NCBI GenBank assembly: GCA_045597985.1
Contig: JAZLLE010000063.1
Location: forward strand, 13,973-77,972
From: Bacteroidaceae bacterium
GTDB lineage: Bacteria > Bacteroidota > Bacteroidia > Bacteroidales > Bacteroidaceae
DNA length: 64,000 nucleotides
Direction of reading: 5' to 3'
The first letter of the stretch is position 1; each line of letters starts with the position of its first letter. The translations under genes and the position numbers were made by a program. Shown piece by piece: positions 37,726 through 45,299 of this stretch. The notes beneath the pieces are model-generated. The model was not told the DNA's origin and did no database searches. It saw only the letters and a list, made by a program, of their open reading frames with translations.

Positions 37726-40217
37726 ATATTCATTCTTTTCATTTCGTTATAACCTGCATCCATATCCTCAAGCGTAATCGTGCACTCCTGGTCTTCGCTT
37801 GTATCACTTCCGGCATACAAAAGTCTCATATTATGGCAGTTGCGCACGTTGTCAAACAGGTTCCCGACATCGCGGGCATTTCCGAAATTGGCATCCCTGC
37901 AGACATATATCTCCTCGAATATCGCACAGGCGCGTGAATATGCCTCCGGATCCAGCCTGTACTCATTCTTCACCACGATGCGCCTGAATATCTCCATCAT
38001 CTGGGCCGCATCGTAATCCTCAAAGAATATCTTCTGGGTGAAGCGTGACTTGAGCCCGGAATTCGTTGCCATGAACGCCGTCATCTCCTTGGTGTAACCG
38101 GCCGCGATGCACACGAACTTGCCTTTATTGTTGAGGAGCAGCGGGACGAGGGTGCCGATACATTCGAGCCCAAAGTCATCCTGATGGCTGGTATTCAGGG
38201 TGTAAGCCTCATCTATGAAGAGAATGCCGCCCATTGCCCTCATTACGGCATCCCTGGTCTTGGAAGCTGTCTGGCCCTCATATTCAGCAACCAGATCCCC
38301 GCGCCCCACCTCAACGACTTCATCCGTCGCCAGGACTCCGAGGCTCTTAAGTATTTTACCCATCATCCTCGCAACGGTGGTCTTACCTGTTCCGGGATTG
38401 CCGAGGAACATATAATGGTCTGCGGGAATCTTTGGCGAACATCCTTTCCGTAGGGCTTTCTTCTGCTCCTGAATGATGTTGGCGGCAAGCAGTTTCAGGT
38501 ATCTTTTCACGCCATCGAGTCCTACAAGCTCATCAAGTTGCGACAGGACTTCATCTATACAGATATCCCTTGTCCCTTCTTCACCGACAATGTCCTCGTA
38601 TGTTAGGGTTTTTCCTTCATTCCTCCTGGTGGCGGCATCCAGTCCCTCAATTCGTTTCCCTCTCCTTTCCACTGCTGCTTCGAAGAAATTGCGGACATCA
38701 CGTCCGTTGCCGAACTGCTCGGAACGACGGTTGTACATCTGTTCCATTGGGATATGGAGCTTCTCGATTGCCTCATCCGTAAGGGAGAACCCGGCCTTGG
38801 TTGCGTTCAGCAAGAAAATCTTCTCAAGTTCGACAGGTTTGTAGTCGGGGAATTCTATTGTTTTGTTGAAACGCGACTTTAGTCCGGAATTTGCCTTCAT
38901 AAAATCGCCCATCTCCCGTTTGTACCCCGCAATGATGCAGACGAACTGGCCTTTGTATGTCTCAAGAAGAGGCAGCAGGGTGTTGATACCCGCCTGACCG
39001 TACTGTCCGTTTGCCAAACCGTAGGCCTCATCAATGAAAAGGACTCCGCCCATGGCCTTGTCAACGACATCCCGGACGTTCTTCTCAGTATCTCCGATAT
39101 ACTGGCCTATAAGTTCCGAAGGATTAGTCTCTATGAGCTGACCTTTGGGAAGAGCCCCGATTGCGGCAAGTATTTCTGCGAATTTTCTGGATATCGTAGT
39201 CTTGCCCGTTCCGGGATTTCCCGTGAACACATAGTGGTCGTTGACAGTCACCCTTGCATCCGGTCCCTGCTCTTCCTGCACAATGTGGATGTCGTTGATG
39301 ATTGTTCTGATTTCGTTTTTGACATTTTCAAGTCCGATGAAGTTGCTGAGGTCCTCCCAAATTTCCGTTTCGGAACGCGGGACGAAAACCTTGCCCTTGA
39401 CGTCATCAGGAATTATCGTATCTGTCCCGCCCCTGTTGAACATATTGGTGGCAATCTCTTCTGCCTTGCTTACGGCTAGATGACCGTTCCCCGGTGTCCC
39501 CTCTCCCAGGTGCACCATCCATTCATAATGCCCCTTAAGTCTGGTGACGGCGTCATCAGTCATATTCAGCTTAAACCTTTTTTTCAGGATTGCGGCAGTT
39601 AGAGCGGCCAGAACATCCTCATCAATGTTGACGAGCCGGAAATTGAACTCAAAGAGGTTCGCGACTCCACGATTGTAGGACAGGAAACTCTCCATATCAT
39701 TGTAGAGTCCTGTCATAATGACAACGGGCAACTTTGACGCACCCTTGGTCATCCTCGCAAACAGGGGGTCCAGTGAGGTGATCTCCGACGACCTGGCCCC
39801 ACATAGGATCTTGTGAACGTTTGTAATGACCAGCACGCCTTCGGAAATGCCCGACAATTGTTTGTCCAGATCCGAGGCCCAGTTGTCATAGTCAGCTGCA
39901 TCCACTTCAACAACCTGCTTCTTATCGACTATTCCGGCCCCGGCTGCCATATCAATTATTTCATTGGCGATGAATTTCTTGCCGCTTCCCTGGGGGCCGA
40001 GGATAAGGCTGTCCAGTCCGACTCTTGTGCCTGTCCCTGATATTTTGAGATGAGACGCCAGCTTAAGTCTTTCCTGGAATTTTTTAATTTCGTTTTCCAG
40101 ACACTCTTTACCGAAATATCCTTCCCTTGAGACAATTATCTCGAGGGGCTCTCCGCATTTCTTGCAGAATCTGGCGGACGGACGGTTCTGGGCACCGCAT
40201 TTGTTACAATTACTCAT
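37722..40217 (-). CDS. Zinc-ribbon protein with three tandem CbbX/SpoVK/EccA-type AAA+ modules (first one degenerate)
   Basis: The N-terminus has CNKC..CKKC. Module 1 has GPQGSGKKF and no DE Walker B (GVLVITN). Modules 2 and 3 have GNPGTGKTT and LFIDEAY, plus SGLKSRF sensor/arginine regions. Confidence 0.85.
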   Translation of the reverse strand: MSNCNKCGAQNRPSARFCKKCGEPLEIIVSREGYFGKECLENEIKKFQERLKLASHLKISGTGTRVGLDSLILGPQGSGKKFIANEIIDMAAGAGIVDKKQVVEVDAADYDNWASDLDKQLSGISEGVLVITNVHKILCGARSSEITSLDPLFARMTKGASKLPVVIMTGLYNDMESFLSYNRGVANLFEFNFRLVNIDEDVLAALTAAILKKRFKLNMTDDAVTRLKGHYEWMVHLGEGTPGNGHLAVSKAEEIATNMFNRGGTDTIIPDDVKGKVFVPRSETEIWEDLSNFIGLENVKNEIRTIINDIHIVQEEQGPDARVTVNDHYVFTGNPGTGKTTISRKFAEILAAIGALPKGQLIETNPSELIGQYIGDTEKNVRDVVDKAMGGVLFIDEAYGLANGQYGQAGINTLLPLLETYKGQFVCIIAGYKREMGDFMKANSGLKSRFNKTIEFPDYKPVELEKIFLLNATKAGFSLTDEAIEKLHIPMEQMYNRRSEQFGNGRDVRNFFEAAVERRGKRIEGLDAATRRNEGKTLTYEDIVGEEGTRDICIDEVLSQLDELVGLDGVKRYLKLLAANIIQEQKKALRKGCSPKIPADHYMFLGNPGTGKTTVARMMGKILKSLGVLATDEVVEVGRGDLVAEYEGQTASKTRDAVMRAMGGILFIDEAYTLNTSHQDDFGLECIGTLVPLLLNNKGKFVCIAAGYTKEMTAFMATNSGLKSRFTQKIFFEDYDAAQMMEIFRRIVVKNEYRLDPEAYSRACAIFEEIYVCRDANFGNARDVGNLFDNVRNCHNMRLLYAGSDTSEDQECTITLEDMDAGYNEMKRMNI

Positions 40218-42735
40218 TGATGATTCCTCTTTCTTTCCTGGTTATCTGAATTCCGGACTCTACGGCGTCAGGCGTGTCCGTTATTTTATTGATATAATAC
40301 TGCCCAACCATAAGGACCCAGAAAATGGCAATGAATATCAGCAGCGTCTTGCGACGTTTCTTCAAAGTATTCCTGTAATCCTCAATGGCGTCATCATCAA
40401 CATAGGCACTCAATGAAGAAGTGAATGTCTCTTCGTTGTTGAAGGCGAAATACAGCGGTTCCAGAGTCAATTCCATGAAACCTGGCCCACCTTTCATTCT
40501 GTCAACATCTCCCGCACGGCCCACAAATACGACCTTGACCAAGAAAAGTATGATAATGGTCAGGATGACGGCTGCATAAATCCATGTCAGATAGGCTCCC
40601 AGCAATTTCACAATCACAAAAAGAAGTATGCCCAAAACCAGTCCGGATATGATTGGGACAAAACATCCGTCAACATCAAATAGGAACGAAGCTACTATGC
40701 CCAGAGCAACTCCTATAAGTATGAAGGTCCAACCGAAATTGATTCCACTTATATTGATTTCAGGGTATTCCGCTACAAGGTTGATGGCGCTTATCATAAG
40801 GATGACTGCCGGTATCCCAGCAAGCACCAATGAAAGGATGCGCTGTATCAGGCCTCTGGCGGCAAGTGGTCCTGCACCGCGTCCGGCTTTGTCGGCTGTA
40901 TCGCCTGCAATGCAGACAGCTAAATCGAAGCGCCGGCCCTCAACGCAGTCAGGACAATATTTGCGATACTCTTTCAGATAATCGGCAAGCAATTTCTCAT
41001 AGGTGTATTGTCTTGCCATGTCAATATACGGGTTTTCGTGGTACTTTACCGCTAAAAAGCCGCGTATTCCTGCCGGCTCGTCAGGATAGTCGTAAGTCGG
41101 GGTATGCTCGAAACCGACGATGGTCTTCATCATTGCTGTCTGTTCCAGATAATCAGCATCCTTTGGACCGGCTTTTTTCTTATTGTCCCGGCTGTCGAAA
41201 TTAAGGCAGTACTTCAACCAGTCAAGTTGTTTAGTGAATCTATTCCCCTTGTGTCTGAAGAACCAGACGAGATAACTTTTTTCCGAATACAATTCAAAAC
41301 TTGAGATCAGACGCACAAAGATGCCGGATCCGTTTATTATTCTGGAACATTCAGAGTCCCATTCCTTCAGAGCCCTCTTCCTGTCACCTCCGAATCTTCC
41401 GTAGAAAATGTTATATGCTTCATTGAGAACCGCTCCGATAGACTCTCCGGTCATAGCGTATCCGGGATTATCCGGAGTGCGCAAGTTCAGGTCATACAAA
41501 GGATTCAGAATGTGAAGGGCGCACAACATTCCCGAAATTTCATCCTTCGGGAAATCCTTCTCCACTATGCGGTCTATCTCAATTTTCAGCTCCGGTCGTT
41601 TTTCCAGCCATTTGGACACCTGTCCGCTGTAAAGGTAGGATCTGGCCAGTTTCTGGTCTTTAAGCATGAATGCAGCCAACTCCTGCGGCGAATGTGCCAC
41701 CTGGTTTTTCTGACCATTGAAAATGACTTCGAAGCCCCCTGCGTACACTGAAACCTCATCTTGTTTCTGAATTGTGCGTCTGATTTCAGCTAATCCCCAC
41801 CTGTGTGCGGGGTCCTTGACAAGGAGACCACGGATAATCCTGTTCAAAGGATCGGGAATATCCCCGTCAACCTTAATCTTGTCATTCCGTTTCTCAATCG
41901 CCAGTTCGGCTTCTCTCGCATACAGGTTCTTCTCCCCTTTCCACAGACTGAGGGCTGTCATTCCAAGTGAATAGAAATCCGATGCCGGTGTCAAAGTACA
42001 ATAAGTCTTCCCTCCGATGATCGCCACATTGGAAGGATCATACACTTCGGGAGCGGCATAAATCGGTGTCCTGTTCTGAACTGTGGACACTTTCCCGTTT
42101 TCAAAAAAGTCCGCGAACCCGAAATCGCAAAGAACGCAATCCCAAGTATCTTTGTCCGTTATGAGAATGTTGGCCGGTTTGACGTCCTTGTGTATGAAAC
42201 CATTCCTGTGACAGGCATCAAGGCACAGCGCAATTTTGGCTACTATGTGCGTGATAGCTTCGACATTTCCCCTCAGATCGTATTGTGCGGCAGCTCCAAG
42301 TGGATAGTATTTCATCAGCTCGAAATCACATTGTATGCCGTCAAAGTCCCTGGTACCAAAGTCTATGACGTCAGCCACGTAACCCTTGCCGGACATTGCC
42401 TTGACCTTTTTCAGGATCCCGGCATTGCACTTGACATTAGGCTTATAACGTTTGAGGGCAGTTCCATCATTCTGGATGATGAGCTCCCCCTCGGAGCCAC
42501 TAACTGAGGGACCTGACCCGCGTCTCATATCCGGTCCGGGTTGAGGTGCAACGGCCTCGGGGTCTATGGCAGAGCCTTGGGGTGTATATTGCACCGCCTC
42601 AGGATCTATGGCGGAACCCTGAGGGGTATATAGCATATCTTCGGAATCCAAGGCCGTCCAAAGGTCGGTATTCAGCACCAGTTCCGGACCGTTTTTGCCT
42701 CCGGAATCCTGATTATCGTCAAGTTGGTCTGCCAT
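40210..42735 (-). CDS. Membrane-anchored Hanks-type Ser/Thr protein kinase (non-RD) with large unknown middle domain and ~5 C-terminal TMs
   Basis: Catalytic loop HKDVKPANILI, plus DFGFA and AAPEV motifs. There is an N-terminal tandem YTPQGSAIDPEAV repeat. Five hydrophobic helices lie in the last ~230 aa. Confidence 0.85.
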   Translation of the reverse strand: MADQLDDNQDSGGKNGPELVLNTDLWTALDSEDMLYTPQGSAIDPEAVQYTPQGSAIDPEAVAPQPGPDMRRGSGPSVSGSEGELIIQNDGTALKRYKPNVKCNAGILKKVKAMSGKGYVADVIDFGTRDFDGIQCDFELMKYYPLGAAAQYDLRGNVEAITHIVAKIALCLDACHRNGFIHKDVKPANILITDKDTWDCVLCDFGFADFFENGKVSTVQNRTPIYAAPEVYDPSNVAIIGGKTYCTLTPASDFYSLGMTALSLWKGEKNLYAREAELAIEKRNDKIKVDGDIPDPLNRIIRGLLVKDPAHRWGLAEIRRTIQKQDEVSVYAGGFEVIFNGQKNQVAHSPQELAAFMLKDQKLARSYLYSGQVSKWLEKRPELKIEIDRIVEKDFPKDEISGMLCALHILNPLYDLNLRTPDNPGYAMTGESIGAVLNEAYNIFYGRFGGDRKRALKEWDSECSRIINGSGIFVRLISSFELYSEKSYLVWFFRHKGNRFTKQLDWLKYCLNFDSRDNKKKAGPKDADYLEQTAMMKTIVGFEHTPTYDYPDEPAGIRGFLAVKYHENPYIDMARQYTYEKLLADYLKEYRKYCPDCVEGRRFDLAVCIAGDTADKAGRGAGPLAARGLIQRILSLVLAGIPAVILMISAINLVAEYPEINISGINFGWTFILIGVALGIVASFLFDVDGCFVPIISGLVLGILLFVIVKLLGAYLTWIYAAVILTIIILFLVKVVFVGRAGDVDRMKGGPGFMELTLEPLYFAFNNEETFTSSLSAYVDDDAIEDYRNTLKKRRKTLLIFIAIFWVLMVGQYYINKITDTPDAVESGIQITRKERGIINE

Positions 42736-43469
42736 TATTCTTCAGCTTTGATTTTTTTTTTGACAACGCGTTCCTGCAGCACCTTGTCCTCATACACCCA
42801 GGTTCCTCCCCGGAAGGGCTCGGCGCACTCGCTCGGCTGTCTGTGATGGCAGCCGCAGAAATTGCAAATCCATCCCACTGGTGATTTGATCCTGACTTCC
42901 TCCTGCAATACGGTGGTGACGGCGATGTTTCTCGCGGAATAATAGTTGAACTGCTGCTGAGGTGTGCTCCCTGCGGGAGGAAGCATTTGGGCGAACAGCT
43001 CTTCTATATCCTTCACCGTCCGGAGATATTCTTCCTGCAGTCCAGGAGCAGCGGCTTCAGTGAAGGCGATATCAGACGAGAACATCTTGAGAAACTCCAG
43101 AGTCCCTTCGCTTGCCTCTGCCGCCGTTCCGGAAATCCGCTCTTTTATTTTCACGGCTTTCTCTATAAGGCGGCTGACTTGTTGGTAAACAGGATCACGC
43201 TTTGCCTTTTCAATGGCGGCTTCCGCAGCCCTGTTCAACGGGGCATTGCATCTGCTGCAAAATGAACGATAGTTTAACGTACCGCATACCGGGCATACAG
43301 TGCCGCCGAGGGGCATTCTACATTCGTCGCATACGGTCTGTCCGGGGACTGTCCGAGCTCCGCAAAAACTACACTCGCCTTCAGGCGGCTTGCCCGTCTC
43401 ATGTCTTCCGGGGGACTTTGTTACTGTCCGCACGGTCTCTTCCCATTTTTGCCTGCCTTCCATATCCAA
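42735..43469 (-). CDS. Zinc-ribbon protein (double zinc ribbon N-terminal, extra CxxC near the C-terminus)
   Basis: CSFC..CDEC..CPVC..CSRC, then a helical linker, then WICNFCGCHH. Its stop overlaps the kinase start (TAATG). Confidence 0.65.
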   Translation of the reverse strand: MDMEGRQKWEETVRTVTKSPGRHETGKPPEGECSFCGARTVPGQTVCDECRMPLGGTVCPVCGTLNYRSFCSRCNAPLNRAAEAAIEKAKRDPVYQQVSRLIEKAVKIKERISGTAAEASEGTLEFLKMFSSDIAFTEAAAPGLQEEYLRTVKDIEELFAQMLPPAGSTPQQQFNYYSARNIAVTTVLQEEVRIKSPVGWICNFCGCHHRQPSECAEPFRGGTWVYEDKVLQERVVKKKIKAEE

Positions 43470-43499
43470 ATCAGTCCATAGCGCGAATGTTTATCCTAC

Positions 43500-45254
43500 T
43501 CAACTCCAGGGATCGGAGATTTCCATATCAGCTATCTCGTCAAGGCAGCTGTTCCCGCCTTTGGAATCATCCTGTTTCCCGTTGCCCTGTTTGATGCCAT
43601 TGAATTTGGGTATACAATACTTTTCTATTTCGTTCTTGAAATCGTCGAGCAGACCGTCGGTGTATGCCTGGATGACATCTACCAATTTAGCCTCATCGCC
43701 AAAGCGGTATGCGCACAGAATGCAGAAAGCATGGAACTTTTCGCTTACCTTCTTAGGGCAATGGCCTTCGGAAATCATCTGTGCCATCATGCTGTAGCAT
43801 TCGGAACTGCCATATGCAGACCCTATGTTGAACCACTTCCATGCAGCTTCATCGTCCTCATCGAAACCGAGTGTACCGTAATAATAGTATTTGCCCAGAA
43901 TCGCCGGAGCAATATTGTCTCCCAACCTTGATGCTTTCTCCAAATCGGCTTTAATTTCTGCCGTCCTGCGTACTTTTTCCTTCGAGGTCAGGTCATCATA
44001 GCCATCTTCACCTCTCAGCCCCCGCATAGCGTAACTCCAGGCATCATTGTGTTCGATTCCAATCCCGATGTATTGGTCGAACATCTCCTTTTCGACAATA
44101 TTACCATCGTTATCACAACACATCATATACGCCAGTCTTGACAATGACTCAAAATATCCCATGCTGACGGCCCGAATATATGCGTCTTCCGCCTTTTCTT
44201 TCTGACCTGCTTCCTGATAGGCGCGTCCTAACAAGTCGTAAGCTTCCGGATCGTAATTGAAAATGTCCTTTTCATCCTCTCCTGTTGCGTCTTTCAGCAT
44301 GTCAGTCATGGTGTCGATGACTATCTGCGGATTAGCAGATTGCCCATTCATGCCATAAATAATATCCTTCCACAGAAAATAAAAAGCTTTAATGCTTCTC
44401 TTCTTCCCAGCTTCGTTCATAAGACTATTGTATTTGTCGGGATCTGCCTCCTCATAGTAGCCGTCACGGGCAAGAAGCGCCAGACCGCAGTATGCTTCAC
44501 TCAGACCTCGAGCGGCAGATGCCTCGAAAAGAGCACGTGTCTTTCTGAGGTTTTCACAGCTGGGACGTACAAGCTGGTAGTAGCGTCCAAGGGTATATTG
44601 GGCAATGGCGTCACCATCGTCGGAAAGTTTTTTCAGTTCGCCTACCTGTTTGTCGGTGAGCATGAACATAGGATATACATAATTTGGGATACGCAGGAAC
44701 AACCGGCGAGATGTCGAATCAGCTATAGACGCATACAACAGCTGATCGAAGACGCCTGACATATCGTTCTTTTTGAAACACTCAGCACTCTTTTGCAGAC
44801 GACGTTGAAGTTCTTCACGGAACTCTTCTTCTGTCATTTCGCCGTTGCTTTCCGGCTCACTTTCTTCTTCCGGCTCGCTTTCTCCTATTTCCTCCATAAG
44901 TTCATTAAATAAGATATCTACAGTCTCCTTGCCGTCATAGCCGAATTTCTCACAGATATGCTCGGCAAAGCGTCTTTTCTGCTCGTCGATAGTGCCTTCT
45001 GAGAATATCATGGAAACAAGGTTTTTCATATATTCCACCTTGTCTTCATCTGACTTAGGCATATCAATGACCAATTTCTCACTGTCCTTCATACATTGGT
45101 CAAGTTCCCACTGAGTCAGATTGAATTCCTTTGCAACCAGCAGTATGTAGTCTCTTTCGTTCTCGGTCATCTGACCGTCAAGACGAGACATACTTATTAG
45201 ATTTGTGACATGAGCCAGTTGCGCACTTTTCTTAGTTCGATAGTTGAAAGCCAT
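43500..45254 (-). CDS. TerB-like N-terminal domain plus Sel1-like repeat (SLR) protein
   Basis: The start is set at MAFNYRTKK (45254) because a -7 box lies at 45292-45299. The TerB-like half-repeats are SRLDGQMTENERDYIL and IFSEGTIDEQKRRFAEHI. An acidic linker follows, then Sel1-like repeats (AQYTLGRYY, GLALLARDGYY, GKYYYYG). Confidence 0.75.
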   Translation of the reverse strand: MAFNYRTKKSAQLAHVTNLISMSRLDGQMTENERDYILLVAKEFNLTQWELDQCMKDSEKLVIDMPKSDEDKVEYMKNLVSMIFSEGTIDEQKRRFAEHICEKFGYDGKETVDILFNELMEEIGESEPEEESEPESNGEMTEEEFREELQRRLQKSAECFKKNDMSGVFDQLLYASIADSTSRRLFLRIPNYVYPMFMLTDKQVGELKKLSDDGDAIAQYTLGRYYQLVRPSCENLRKTRALFEASAARGLSEAYCGLALLARDGYYEEADPDKYNSLMNEAGKKRSIKAFYFLWKDIIYGMNGQSANPQIVIDTMTDMLKDATGEDEKDIFNYDPEAYDLLGRAYQEAGQKEKAEDAYIRAVSMGYFESLSRLAYMMCCDNDGNIVEKEMFDQYIGIGIEHNDAWSYAMRGLRGEDGYDDLTSKEKVRRTAEIKADLEKASRLGDNIAPAILGKYYYYGTLGFDEDDEAAWKWFNIGSAYGSSECYSMMAQMISEGHCPKKVSEKFHAFCILCAYRFGDEAKLVDVIQAYTDGLLDDFKNEIEKYCIPKFNGIKQGNGKQDDSKGGNSCLDEIADMEISDPWS

Positions 45255-45291
45255 TTGTTTAGAAATTAATGAGAGATTAGCTACATGTTTG

Positions 45292-45299
45292 CAAATATA
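45292..45299 (-). promoter_or_regulatory. -7 promoter box TATATTTG for the ten-gene operon
   Basis: The minus strand reads cttATATTTGcaaac about 40 nt upstream of the ATG at 45254 and fits TAnnTTTG. Confidence 0.45.

Noticed and set aside
36416-42735. Reading the STK/PP2C/FHA genes plus a CbbX-type ATPase as a T6SS (PpkA/PppA/Fha) or ESX/T7SS (EccA) regulatory module.
   Set aside because: No T6SS (TssB/C, Hcp, VgrG, TssM) or T7SS (EccC, EsxAB) structural genes are recognisable anywhere in the 64 kb. The resemblance is only at the level of shared signalling domains.
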